From: Ostreococcus lucimarinus
Taxonomy: Eukaryota
DNA length: 64,000 nt
Assembly: GCA_000092065.1 (NCBI GenBank)
Contig: CP000581.1
Reading direction: 5' to 3' (one strand)
The position numbers and the translations under genes are program-made. Below are positions 52,664-63,127 of this stretch, piece by piece (within the stretch, counting starts at the first letter, position 1; each line of letters begins with the position of its first letter). Below the pieces are notes generated by a model. It did not search any database. It saw only the letters and a list, made by a program, of their open reading frames with translations, and had not been told where the DNA came from.

Positions 52664-54517
52664 ATGGACGTGGACGCGCTGACGGACGATCTCGCGCGCG
52701 CGATGGGCGCCGCGCGCGCGTCGACGGCGGGCGGGAACGATGGAACGTCGCGGGCGGCGCGCTGCGTGCGCGGGGTGGCGGGATGCCTGACGAGGAAGAT
52801 GAGCGTCGGCGAGGCGGTGCGCGCGTGCGCGGCGCCGGCGGCGAAGGTGTTGGCGCACCGAGCGCTGCGAGACGTCGGACGACGGGTCGATGAGGCGACG
52901 TTGAGGGATATCGAGAGGTTGTGCGAGGGGACGATCGCGTGGGCGTGCGAGGAGGGACGAGCGGTGACGATCTCGGAGGTGTTGCACGAGCTCGAGTTGC
53001 GGCTGAGCGACTTTGAGGCGAGCCTCGCGGCGGGATGGAGAGGGATCGAGTTCAGCGCGAGTAATCCCGAGAGTCCGGCGCACGCAGACGTGGATGATCG
53101 GCGCATGGATGTGTTTCATAGCGTCGCCGCGACGAAGAATAGGGCGTCTGAACGCGGGCGCGTGATCGACGAGTGGCGCGACGAGTTGTTGGAAAAGCTC
53201 GAGCCCGAGGAAAACTTGAAGAGCATAATCAAACCGAGGCTTTTGCTGCGCGCGTACGAGTTACTGAGCGATCGTAAGGTGGTGAACGACGACGCGGTCG
53301 AAGACATGGTGAATAAACGATTCGATAAATGGACGGAGATGTGGCGTTTGCACGTGCAGCATCAGCGACGAGAAACCGGTTCCGCGCCGGACCACGAAGG
53401 ATTTAAAGACTATTTGTACTCGTTCTTGGGAACAAAGCTCCCTGCGTTCGCGAACGGCGTTCACAAGAGCTCATTCAAGGTTCAACTCGTGCGCGAGACA
53501 GAGACAGAGAAGTTGGCGAAAGCGACCGCGGAACTCGAGCGCTCCGCGCGACCACCGAGCGACGTGACGAAGCTCAAGCACACGCTTGAACACGCAATTC
53601 AAGCCCTTCGCGCGGCTGAAACGTCCAACGACGTGTGCGCTCTTCTCACGACGCGATGGATGCGAGAAGCACTCGTCGATGCGCCGACTTTTTCTCAACC
53701 AGCTAAAAAGTCCTCCAAAAACGTCGACAGCGGCGGTCAAATGATGAAGGATTGGCAGAGAGAGGAGGGATTCGTGCTACGATTTTCCAACCGGCACGGT
53801 GGAGCGTCGAGTGGAAATGCAGCTGGGTTTAAGAATATTTCCGACGACGCGTGGAAGGAGTCCTACGTATCCACGGGACCGTTTCGCGTGCACTTTATGC
53901 GCGCGTGCGCCGAAATCGAAGCCGCGCTTCAAGACTGCTCGACGTGCAACTTGCACAACGTATCCGCGGATGAAAAGCGTGAGGCGTGCGTGAAAGGGGC
54001 CGCGCGTGTCATGTTTGTCGCATCTCGAACGATGCGCAGTGGCGATGGGCTGGATTTCGTTCACAACTTGTTCGGCCCGCCGCCCGAGTTTAGCGTCTCT
54101 CTCGTGGATCCGGGAAAGACGAAGAAGATTGTTGCCGAAAATTCATCGATCGGCACGCCGATCGTCGTCGAAGTCACGAGTGATATCGTCACCATTCGGT
54201 GCGTCGACGTGTTCGTCATCGTCAAACACTGCTTCGCCGACGAAACGAACGCATCGAACGCTCGTTCCGCGCGACGGGCGACCGAGGCGTCGGATTCTTT
54301 ACGACCGTGGGCGTGCGTCGCCCTCGAGACGACGCAATCCCTTCGCACCGCCTCCGACGGCTCCCTCAAGCTCGTCAAGCAGCGCATCGCCGTGGACAAA
54401 AACATTCCTCAGCCCGTGCTGGACGCCTTCCTCGCCGTATCTCTCGATTCCGCGGACGTCGTCCGCGCTTCGCGACCGCCGCTTCGGCTTCGCGTCTCCG
54501 CCGCCGCCTTCGCGTGA
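52664..54517 (+). CDS. Hypothetical protein
   Basis: 617-aa ORF with real ATG, diverse non-repetitive composition and GC3 bias. No homology recognised. Confidence 0.45.
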   Translation: MDVDALTDDLARAMGAARASTAGGNDGTSRAARCVRGVAGCLTRKMSVGEAVRACAAPAAKVLAHRALRDVGRRVDEATLRDIERLCEGTIAWACEEGRAVTISEVLHELELRLSDFEASLAAGWRGIEFSASNPESPAHADVDDRRMDVFHSVAATKNRASERGRVIDEWRDELLEKLEPEENLKSIIKPRLLLRAYELLSDRKVVNDDAVEDMVNKRFDKWTEMWRLHVQHQRRETGSAPDHEGFKDYLYSFLGTKLPAFANGVHKSSFKVQLVRETETEKLAKATAELERSARPPSDVTKLKHTLEHAIQALRAAETSNDVCALLTTRWMREALVDAPTFSQPAKKSSKNVDSGGQMMKDWQREEGFVLRFSNRHGGASSGNAAGFKNISDDAWKESYVSTGPFRVHFMRACAEIEAALQDCSTCNLHNVSADEKREACVKGAARVMFVASRTMRSGDGLDFVHNLFGPPPEFSVSLVDPGKTKKIVAENSSIGTPIVVEVTSDIVTIRCVDVFVIVKHCFADETNASNARSARRATEASDSLRPWACVALETTQSLRTASDGSLKLVKQRIAVDKNIPQPVLDAFLAVSLDSADVVRASRPPLRLRVSAAAFA

Positions 54518-54834
54518 CGCCTTCGCGTCTCCGCCGCGACGATCGCGACGATCGCGTTCGTCTCGCGTCGTCGATGCCATCCCACTCGACCCATAGTCTG
54601 CGTTTCTCAATCTCACGCATCGGTCTCCCCGCGCTCGTCGCGCTCGTCCGCGTCGCTCGCGCTCGCCCTCGGCCCCCCAGGCCTGGGCTCGCCGCCGTCG
54701 TTCGGCCGAGGATCGGGATTGGCGCGATTGTCGTCGTCGCAATTACACCGCGCGCGACCGCGCGCGAACGCGCCGCGCGCGCTCGAGCGCTCGAACGCGC
54801 GCGGGAAGGCGTCGCGCGCGTCGCGAGCGTCGCG

Positions 54835-57174
54835 ATGCTCGCGCGCGACGTCGCGCGCGACGTCGCGCGCGCGACGCGCGACGCGCGCGAAGACCTGGCG
54901 TTCGGAAGCGCGGCGACGATGCGGTTCACGCGCGCGCCGACGAGCGCGCGAGGGACGAGCGAGGCGGTGCGAGCGTCGCCGACGCAAGCGCGGATCGCGG
55001 CGGAGGCGCGGGAGCGCGGCGAGGGACGGACGCGGTCGCCGTCGCCGGCGAAACGGTCGCGAAAGGGAAAACCGAGGAGCACGAGGACGGGCGCGGTGAG
55101 CGCGAGGACGCGATTGGCGTTCTCTCCGGAGGCGGCGGTGGCGATGCTTCGAGGGATGAATCGACGCGCTGGGAAGGGGGCGAACGGCGGCGGAGGAGAG
55201 GCGAACGCGAGCGCGAATGAGCGAGGGAAGAGAACGAAGACGGAGACGAAGAAGAAACCGCCGCGGAGAAAGTTGGTTCGGTCGGAAAGTTTCAAGTACT
55301 TGAACGAGGCGGGCGAGCTGGAAGCGGTGGAGGGCGCGCCGAATGGGCGCGATGGCGGTAAAAACGATGGTGGCGGCGCCGGTCTCGCGGGTGCGAATGG
55401 AAACGGTTACAAGACGACGGCGAGCGGCGCGAAGCGAGGCAGAGGCGAACAGCCGCTGCCGTCGACGAGTGGTGGTGGCGCGGGATCAAAGACGAAGAAG
55501 CAAACGTTACGTGCGAAGTCAGAGACCAGGCGCGTATCGCTTGATCCGCGCGGTCGAGCGAAAAACAAGCCGTTTGAAAACAACACGCTGTACCAGCCTG
55601 GAAACGTCATCGTGGGTTTACATCTCAACACGCGCGGAGGTAAGGAATGGTACACGAACAAGCAATTGGTTGGATCGTGCAAGCCGGGCTCGTTGTTAGA
55701 AATATCATCAAAGTCCTTGACGGCGCCGACAAAGGCGGCGATTTCTAGCGCGTTGCGCGACGAAGCCAACGGAGAGAAAGTCGAGAAATTTGTTCGCGTC
55801 AAGGTCATGTCGCATTACTTAGACGTGAGTGGCTGGACGCTCACGACGGTGCAAGTAGTGCCGCTACGCTGGAATAGACATGGGCCGAAGCACATACTTC
55901 CGTTGTGCGCTGCCGCCGGCGTGGAGCTCGTTTTCAACTTGACCGAAGAGGCGGCGTACGGATGCTTGCGCGTTTTCAGGTTTCCAATAGGCTCAAATGG
56001 TCATCTCAGCGAGCTGCGCAAGAGCACGAAGGGTGCGACGTCACCGTCTACGCTCGATTCGGAGCGCGTTGTGCGACCGAGCACACCGCCGAGAATGCGA
56101 ACACCATCGCCGAAGAAGCGAAAGAACCGGGCTCACGGTGGATCCTCGGATCGAACGAGCGATCCGTCGAACGCCGCCGCCGCCGCCGCCGCCGCTGAGG
56201 CTCTGGAAGCGCAAGAGGAAGACGAAGACGAGGAAGACGCTGAAGAAGACGGAGACGGAGACGGAGACGAAGACGAGGAAGACGCTGAAGAAGACGGAGA
56301 CGGAGACGGAGACGAAGACGAAGACGAAGACGAAGAGTTGGGCGAAGCGTTCATCCCAGAAAATGGATTGCACAGCGAACTTCCATCCAGTTTGCCCGTC
56401 ATCAAGCCCGTTTTGGGCACGCCATTCTGGGATCAACCGCGCAACGCAACGAACGCAGAAGTCGAGTTGGGTGCGCCAGTGCTTACGATCGGTGAAATCG
56501 GTGGCATCGAACAGCGTCACATTGAGACCCCGCGCAAACGGACAGTCGACTCGCCGCTCTTCGACAACGGCCGAGCGCAACTGCGAGAGTTTTACGACCG
56601 ATTTCACGAACGCGCCACCATTGACGCTGCGCGACCGTACAGAGAACACGTGGTGACGACCGACACATACGTCCCTAGCGGATCGCCCTTGACGATGTCA
56701 CTGCCGCAATCGCAGGTTCACAACATGCCGCCTGTAGCCGCGCAGCGCTTCGTCAGTCCCACCGTGTACTACCTCCCGGTCCCGATTTCTCCGCACGGAG
56801 CGTCGGGAACCATCACTGAAACCATCGTTGGGGGCATGCGCTTACGCATCACTCAGGAACCGATCGAAGGATGGGCGCGGCACGACGTAGTCGCCGAGAC
56901 GGCGAACAATCCCCATCCGCAGCTTCGCACGGAATCGGATGCCTTCTCCGATGTTCACCGCGAGCGTCAGCGTGTCAACGCCAAGCGTGGAGTCCCGAAA
57001 GCACGCGCGAAGCAAATGCGCGTTCAAGATGATGATGACAACCTTCTCGCCGCCAACCTACTCATGCTCAAGACATCCGTCGCCGGACAAAAGCGCAAGC
57101 CGCCGACGCCGAGCAAACCGAGCGCCAAGCGAGCGAAATCGCAAAAAGTCGACTCTGCGCGGAAATCGAGATGA
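54835..57174 (+). CDS. Hypothetical basic/acidic low-complexity protein, probably nuclear
   Basis: This is the 3' two-thirds of a 991-aa ORF in the track; start set at the first plausible ATG after the upstream gene stop. Carries an exact 60-nt tandem duplication encoding EEDAEEDGDGDGDEDE and a Lys-rich C-terminus. Confidence 0.35.
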   Translation: MLARDVARDVARATRDAREDLAFGSAATMRFTRAPTSARGTSEAVRASPTQARIAAEARERGEGRTRSPSPAKRSRKGKPRSTRTGAVSARTRLAFSPEAAVAMLRGMNRRAGKGANGGGGEANASANERGKRTKTETKKKPPRRKLVRSESFKYLNEAGELEAVEGAPNGRDGGKNDGGGAGLAGANGNGYKTTASGAKRGRGEQPLPSTSGGGAGSKTKKQTLRAKSETRRVSLDPRGRAKNKPFENNTLYQPGNVIVGLHLNTRGGKEWYTNKQLVGSCKPGSLLEISSKSLTAPTKAAISSALRDEANGEKVEKFVRVKVMSHYLDVSGWTLTTVQVVPLRWNRHGPKHILPLCAAAGVELVFNLTEEAAYGCLRVFRFPIGSNGHLSELRKSTKGATSPSTLDSERVVRPSTPPRMRTPSPKKRKNRAHGGSSDRTSDPSNAAAAAAAAEALEAQEEDEDEEDAEEDGDGDGDEDEEDAEEDGDGDGDEDEDEDEELGEAFIPENGLHSELPSSLPVIKPVLGTPFWDQPRNATNAEVELGAPVLTIGEIGGIEQRHIETPRKRTVDSPLFDNGRAQLREFYDRFHERATIDAARPYREHVVTTDTYVPSGSPLTMSLPQSQVHNMPPVAAQRFVSPTVYYLPVPISPHGASGTITETIVGGMRLRITQEPIEGWARHDVVAETANNPHPQLRTESDAFSDVHRERQRVNAKRGVPKARAKQMRVQDDDDNLLAANLLMLKTSVAGQKRKPPTPSKPSAKRAKSQKVDSARKSR
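56221..56340 (+). repeat. Exact 60-nt in-frame tandem duplication within the coding sequence
   Basis: gaagacgaggaagacgctgaagaagacggagacggagacggagacgaagacgag occurs twice, encoding EEDAEEDGDGDGDEDE twice. Confidence 0.8.
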
Positions 57175-57545
57175 TTCATTCTGCGCGCGCTCGAACTCTA
57201 CTCCTGTACTCGCAACTTCTGTATCAAATTCACCGCGCGCCCTTACGGCGCCGATCGATTGTAACAACCCCGCATTCACGCAACCGCGCTTCGTCTTCGA
57301 GCGCTCCGCGCCCGACCAGTCGCGACTCACCCGGAGGGGCTCGAGAAAGATTAGAAGAATGCTGCCAACTCGTCAGAACGCGTCGAACGAAAACGCGTCG
57401 ACGCGCCGCGACCGCCGCGACCGCCGCGAGCGAACGAACCGCGAAGCGCCGACGCGAATGCGTCCATGTCGACCGCCTCGACCACCGCGCGCGCGCCGTT
57501 CGCGCGTGGTTGGAATTTATGAATAAAATTCTGATTAAACATCTT

Positions 57546-59510
57546 CTATGATGCGCCTCCATTCAAAGCCGCCGCTGACGCCACTCGATCTTCGCGAGAG
57601 TTCTTGGAGTTAAGTTGTTGCTCCCACATATCCCTGTACAAGCCACGCTGTTTCCCGTGCAGCGTGACGTGATCGCCACTCTCGACGATTTCGCCCTCCT
57701 TCAAGACGAGAATGTTATCGCTATCCATAACTGTACTCAGACGATGCGCGATGACGAGATTTGTTCTTCCTTGCGCCGCAAAGTTGATAGCGACCATGAT
57801 TTGCTTCTCAGTGTGCGTATCTAAGCTCGATGTCGCTTCATCGTAGACCATGATTGGTGGATTCTTCAACAACGCTCGCGCGATGGCGACGCGTTGCTTC
57901 TCGCCGCCGCTGAGCCTCAAACCTCGTTCGCCGACGAGAGTGTTGTACCCTAAAGGTTGGCGCCTGACAAAATCATCGAATTGGGCGTGCTCCGCAGCCG
58001 CCGTGACCTCATCCGTCGTGGCGACTTCCCCCGTGCCAAGCTTGCCGAAGCCAATGTTGTACTCGATGGTGTCGTTGAACAAGACGCAGTCTTGCGGGAC
58101 GATGCCGATGTGCAACCGCACGCTTCGCTGCGTGCATCGCTTGATGTCTTGACCAGCTATACGTATAACACCACCTTGTATGTCGTAAAGGCGGTAGATG
58201 AGTTTGCTTATCGTACTTTTTCCAGCGCCGGATCGTCCGACGAGCGCCACCTTTGTGCCGGGCTCGACGATGAACGATACGCGATTGAGAATAAGCCTCT
58301 CGTTAGGATTATACGCAAAAGTAACGTTCTCAAACTCCACTCTGGCGTCAGCTTTAGATTTAAGAACGAGCACTTTCGAATCTTGCAAGTCTTCCACTTC
58401 TTGGTGTTCTCTGAGAAGTTTGAACATTGACTCCACGTCGACCATGCACTGCTTTATCATGCGATAATACGTCCCTAGGAAATTCAGTGGCACGTACAGC
58501 TGCAAAATGTACGTATTCACTAGAACAAAGTCACCGACGGTCATCTTTCCCTCCACGACTCGCTTCGCCGCCAGAGCGAGAGATGCGGTAATACCGACGG
58601 TGATGATGAGCGCTTGACCGAGGTTCAATCCGGCGAGAGACTGCGTCGTCTTTAACGTCGCCTTTTGCGTCGAGCGCAAGGCTTCGTCGTAGGTGTGAGT
58701 GATGTGCGGCTCAGCGCAAAACAATTTGATGGTTTCGAAATTCAGAAGCGAATCCGTCGCCTTCTGGTTGAACGCGTCGTCCGCAAGAACCATTTCTCTC
58801 CTAAACTTGTTTCGCCACTCCGTAAACGGAACGGTGAAGCCGATGTACGCCGCGATCACGCCGACGGTGATGACGGCAAAGCACCATTCGTATTGCGAAA
58901 ACAAATACGCACACACCAAGCCAACCTCTAAGAAGATCGGCGCGATCTGAAACGAAATATATCGCAACAAGTTCGCGAACGACTCCGAACCTCGCGCGCA
59001 CGCCCGAATCACCGCCCCCGTCTTTCTATTGATGTGAAATCTCAGACTCAGATCCATGACGTGCGTGAACACTCGAAGCGATATTCCACGACTCGCGTGC
59101 GCCGCGACGTACGCGAAGCAATTATCCTTCAGCTCTGCGCACAAATTCGCCCCGAACCGCAGCGCGCCGTAAATCAAAATCGGCTGCAAGTACCCGTTCT
59201 CCCCCTTCGCAATCTTATCCACCGCCGCCTTCAGCGCGATCGGCGACGCGACGTTCGCCACTTTGGACGCCAACAAAAATATCACGCTCGCCGTGAACAT
59301 CACTTTGAGCAACGGTTGATCCTTCGGCCACAGGTACGGCAGCAGATGTCGCAGGTCTTCCTTGTGTCGCCTCCAAAACGACTCCTCCGCCTCGCTCTTC
59401 TTCGTCGATCCCCCGTTCGCCGCCTCGGACGCGCTCGGCGCGCGCGTTCCATCGTTCTTCGTCGCCGCGGCGACGTTCACGATCACCGCGCTCGCGGTCG
59501 TCGTCGACAT
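57546..59510 (-). CDS. ABC transporter B-family half-transporter (ATM/HMT type)
   Basis: Six-helix TMD followed by an NBD with Walker A GRSGAGKST, signature LSGGEKQRVAIARA, Walker B and H-loop (VIAHRLSTV). Confidence 0.85.
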   Translation of the reverse strand: MSTTTASAVIVNVAAATKNDGTRAPSASEAANGGSTKKSEAEESFWRRHKEDLRHLLPYLWPKDQPLLKVMFTASVIFLLASKVANVASPIALKAAVDKIAKGENGYLQPILIYGALRFGANLCAELKDNCFAYVAAHASRGISLRVFTHVMDLSLRFHINRKTGAVIRACARGSESFANLLRYISFQIAPIFLEVGLVCAYLFSQYEWCFAVITVGVIAAYIGFTVPFTEWRNKFRREMVLADDAFNQKATDSLLNFETIKLFCAEPHITHTYDEALRSTQKATLKTTQSLAGLNLGQALIITVGITASLALAAKRVVEGKMTVGDFVLVNTYILQLYVPLNFLGTYYRMIKQCMVDVESMFKLLREHQEVEDLQDSKVLVLKSKADARVEFENVTFAYNPNERLILNRVSFIVEPGTKVALVGRSGAGKSTISKLIYRLYDIQGGVIRIAGQDIKRCTQRSVRLHIGIVPQDCVLFNDTIEYNIGFGKLGTGEVATTDEVTAAAEHAQFDDFVRRQPLGYNTLVGERGLRLSGGEKQRVAIARALLKNPPIMVYDEATSSLDTHTEKQIMVAINFAAQGRTNLVIAHRLSTVMDSDNILVLKEGEIVESGDHVTLHGKQRGLYRDMWEQQLNSKNSREDRVASAAALNGGAS

Positions 59511-59745
59511 GTCGCCGACGACACCCGGTCGCCGACGTCAGCGCGTCGTTATCCTCCGCGCTCGCGCGTCGACGCGCGCGCGACGCGGCGCGCGCGCGGC
59601 GGGGGAGAGGAGATTCGCGTTCGCGCGCCTCGCGCCTCGCGCGCGATGGACGGACGCGTTCGCGCGCGTCCGCGTCGTCGAGTGCGACGGCGAACGCGAT
59701 GCGACGCGTCGACGTCGCAAAACCGCGCGCGCGGCGCCGCGCGCG

Positions 59746-60294
59746 ATGACGAAACCGTCGCGCGAGCGCGCGCGCACGTCGAAGGCGACGCCGGCGGCGT
59801 CCGCGCGCGGCGTCGGGGCGACGACGACGACGACGAAGGCGAAGGCGAAGGCGAAGCGCGCCGCCGACGGTGGGCGAGGCGACGGCGCGGCGCGCGACGA
59901 CGCGAAACGGGGACGCGACGCGCGCGCGAGCGGTGAGGAAGGGGCGAAAGCGAACGATGACGATGGGTTCGACGTCGACGCGCTGTTCGGGGACGCGAAG
60001 AAGCGCGCGGTGAAGATGAATTCGGGCGCGCGAGAGGCGGCGGCTGCGGCGGAGGCGCCGCGCGTGCGCGTGCTGCTCCCGGGACAGAAGAAACCGAAAC
60101 AGAAGAGAGATAAGCCAGAGTTTACGCCCGTAGATAAACCGCGAAGGTATGAGGACGGTTTGCCGGTGTATAAATCGTACGGGGATTTCAGCGACATGAA
60201 GGCGGGGCAGTGCGACGACGGGAACGGGAAGAAACGGGGACCGAACGGCGAACCGGGCGGAGATTGTCCTTTCGACTGCTGGTGTTGCTTCTGA
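59746..60294 (+). CDS. Small basic protein with C-terminal CPFDCWCCF motif (hypothetical)
   Basis: The ORF upstream of ATG 59746 is Arg-rich and overlaps the ABC gene start. TGTAA at 60347-60351. Confidence 0.35.
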   Translation: MTKPSRERARTSKATPAASARGVGATTTTTKAKAKAKRAADGGRGDGAARDDAKRGRDARASGEEGAKANDDDGFDVDALFGDAKKRAVKMNSGAREAAAAAEAPRVRVLLPGQKKPKQKRDKPEFTPVDKPRRYEDGLPVYKSYGDFSDMKAGQCDDGNGKKRGPNGEPGGDCPFDCWCCF

Positions 60295-60413
60295 GCGTCG
60301 CGAGTTGAGAGTCATTCGCTCGCGCGAGTTTCGGTCGCGCGTCGCGTGTAATGCATTGAAGAAAATTGTATAACATCGTCTCTCGCTCCCTCGCCACGAG
60401 TTTATTATTAATG

Positions 60414-61562
60414 TTAATCGGAAACCTTTTGGTTTTCTTTCCACACGACGTAGAGCGTGCTCGGGACGATTATTAACGCGCCGAGCAAAGTGCTCGAGGC
60501 CGGGACTTCGCCGAACAGTAAGAAACCGACCGTGGCGGAGAGGATGAGTTCGGTGTATCTAAACGGCGCGAGCGCGCTCGCGTCCACCATGCTGAAGGAT
60601 TTCAGCAGGCAGTACAGCAACCCATTCGCCCCGGCGCCGAGAACCGCCATGAGTCCGTACTGCAACGTCGTTGGCGGTACCCAGGACGTGAGCGCGGGGT
60701 AGGCGACGATGAGCGTCGTGAACAAGGCGGTGTAGAAAATCATCGCCCAAAAGCTTTCTTTGCCGACGAAGACTTTGTTCAACACGTCCAACGACGCGAA
60801 CATGGTGGCGCTGAGCAAGACGACGAGCCACATCGGGTTGAACACGGCTCCTCCCGGTTGCATTACGACCATGACGCCCGCGAAACCGACCAAAGTGCCG
60901 ATCCATCTCGTGGCGTCCACCTTTTCCTTTAAAAACACGCGCGCGAGCACGAGCGTGAACAACGGAATGGTAAAATTCAGTGTCGTCACCACCGCGATGG
61001 GGGCGATGGTCAAACCTTTAACGTATAAAAATATACCACCCGCCAACAGTGCCGAACGCGCGATGTGCAGCGGCACTCGATCGGTCGCGAACGATTCCTT
61101 CCCTCCCGCCGCCATCACCGGCACCATCGTCAACGTCGCGAACAAAAATCGCAGAAACACCACCTGCGCCACGCCGAGATTCGCACCGGTAAACTTCATG
61201 ATCACGTCGTTCCCGACTCCGATCAACTGATGGGCGAAGAACCACGCGATGCCGACGAGGAACGCGCTCGGCGCGTTCGCGTTCGCTTCGTCGCTCGCCG
61301 CCGCCGTCGCGTTCGTCGCGCTCGCGCGCACCGCGCGCCGCATCCTCCCTCCCTCGCGCGTCACCACCACCGACGCGCGTCGCATCTCGTCGTCGTCGCG
61401 CGCGAGGGCGCTCGGACGCGCTCGCACGCCGCCCGCGCTCGGAACGCGCGCGCGCGCGCTTTGCTGACTCAACCTCTCGCGCGCGCTTTTCGCGGTCGCC
61501 ACCGACGGCGCCCTCGCGCGCGCGCCCGCGCGCGTCGCGCCGAGCGCGCCGCTCGTCATCAT
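60414..61562 (-). CDS. EamA/DMT-superfamily transporter with N-terminal presequence
   Basis: Two EamA-like halves with ten predicted helices (FFAHQLIGVGNDVIMKF..., WIGTLVGFAGVMVVMQPGG...). Confidence 0.7.
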   Translation of the reverse strand: MMTSGALGATRAGARARAPSVATAKSARERLSQQSARARVPSAGGVRARPSALARDDDEMRRASVVVTREGGRMRRAVRASATNATAAASDEANANAPSAFLVGIAWFFAHQLIGVGNDVIMKFTGANLGVAQVVFLRFLFATLTMVPVMAAGGKESFATDRVPLHIARSALLAGGIFLYVKGLTIAPIAVVTTLNFTIPLFTLVLARVFLKEKVDATRWIGTLVGFAGVMVVMQPGGAVFNPMWLVVLLSATMFASLDVLNKVFVGKESFWAMIFYTALFTTLIVAYPALTSWVPPTTLQYGLMAVLGAGANGLLYCLLKSFSMVDASALAPFRYTELILSATVGFLLFGEVPASSTLLGALIIVPSTLYVVWKENQKVSD

Positions 61563-61678
61563 TCGTCGTCCGAGCGCGCGCGCGCGCCTTTGCGCTCGAA
61601 GGACGTCGCGCGTCGACGCGCGCGCGCGTCGAGGTTTGTCCCACTCACCGACGCGCGCGCGACGCTCGATCGAGCGCG

Positions 61679-62422
61679 ATGCTCGCCGCGCGCGGGAACG
61701 CGCGCGGCGTCCGCGTCGTCGACGCGCGCTCGAGCCGCTCGCGCTCGAGCCGCTCGCGCGCGGCGAGGCGCGCGGTCGTCGCGGTCGATCCGTCGCGCTT
61801 GGACGGTGTCCCGAACGCGCGCGGAATCGTCCCGGGAATGGGCAGCGGCGCGCGCGAGTGGCGACGCATACACGCCGAACTGCGCGAAAAGTATAAGATG
61901 AAGACGGTGTCGGCGAAGGAGTGCGTGCAGATGATGGCGCGACAGAGGGCGGTGTTGCTGGACGTGCGGTTCCAGCCGGATTACGAGCAGTGGTCGGTGC
62001 CGGGAAGCGTCAGCGTGCCGTACGTCTCGGGAGGGATCCTGGCGAAGATGCGCCTGCCGGGATTTAAAAAGGTGAACGCGAATTTCGTGGAGGACGTCGA
62101 ACGCGCGCTGCCCGATAAGACGACGAAGATTATTCTGTGCGATATTTGGGGCGGGTCGCTGGAGACGCAACCGCCGGAGAATAAATCCTTCACCGATCCC
62201 ACCAAAGGCGCGGGGTCGCTTCCGGGGGCGTTCGAGCTGTATCAGGCCGGGTATAATAATCTGTACCACCTGCGCGGTGGGGTGAACCAGTACTACGAGG
62301 ATTGCGAAAAGGACAAGAGTTTGCCAGAGCCCGATCCCAAGACGTGGCCGGGAAATCTCGAGTGGTTCGGCTATAGGCAATTCAACGGCAAGGATCGCGC
62401 GCGCGGTCAGCGCGACGACTGA
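61679..62422 (+). CDS. Rhodanese-domain protein (sulfurtransferase-like), transit-peptide bearing
   Basis: Rhodanese fold region VLLDVRFQPDYEQWSVPGSVSVPY...KIILCDIWGGS with N-terminal Arg/Ser-rich presequence. ATG is 116 bp from the divergent EamA start. Confidence 0.6.
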   Translation: MLAARGNARGVRVVDARSSRSRSSRSRAARRAVVAVDPSRLDGVPNARGIVPGMGSGAREWRRIHAELREKYKMKTVSAKECVQMMARQRAVLLDVRFQPDYEQWSVPGSVSVPYVSGGILAKMRLPGFKKVNANFVEDVERALPDKTTKIILCDIWGGSLETQPPENKSFTDPTKGAGSLPGAFELYQAGYNNLYHLRGGVNQYYEDCEKDKSLPEPDPKTWPGNLEWFGYRQFNGKDRARGQRDD

Positions 62423-62588
62423 TGGTCGTCGTCGATATTAATCGCCATTCTTCGTCATCGTTGTAACGCACGCACGCGCGCGCGCGCGTCAACCGCGAAA
62501 TCATCGTCCGAGTCGGTCAACCGCCCGCGCGAGCCAAGCCGGCGCGCGACCGACCGTCGTCACAATCGCGCTCCCCGACGCACGCGCG

Positions 62589-62984
62589 ATGACGGCGACG
62601 AAGGAAAAGGCCATCATCAAGGCGGCGGACATGCCGGACGTGCGTGTCGGCGATCGCGACGCGCGCCGACGCGCCGACGCGCCGACGCGCCGACGCGACA
62701 AAGTCAACGAGAACGATGACGACGACGAACGCGACGACTGACGACGCGAACGCGCGCAGGACATCCAAGACGACGCGGTGACGGTGTCCATGGAGGCGAT
62801 GGAAAAGTTCAACGTCGAGAAGGACATCGCGGCGCACGTGAAGAAGGAATTCGATAGAAAGCACGGCCCGACGTGGCACTGCGTCGTGGGGAGAAATTTT
62901 GGAAGTTACGTCACGCACGAGAGCGGACACTTCATCTATTACTACATAGCCAACGTCGCGTTTTTGTTGTTTAAAGCGGGCTAG
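62589..62984 (+). CDS. DYNLL: Dynein light chain LC8 (two exons: 62589..62639 and 62760..62984)
   Basis: Exon 2 gives ...[64 protein letters not shown]. The missing N-terminus [17 protein letters not shown] (compare human MSDRKAVIKNADMSEEMQ) lies 120 nt upstream. Confidence 0.85.
62640..62759 (+). other. Spliceosomal intron (120 nt) in DYNLL
   Basis: Donor GAC|GTGCGT and acceptor cgcgcag|GAC, phase 0. Confidence 0.75.
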
Positions 62985-63127
62985 CGATGCGGTGCGAGGT
63001 ACGGTGAGCGATGCCGCGCGATGCGCGCGTGAGGAGGGTGCGAGACGAGGACGAAGACTAGAAGGACGAAACGATGGGACGCGACGTTGTGACAAAATGA
63101 TTACCAAACTTTAGATGAACCGTATAA

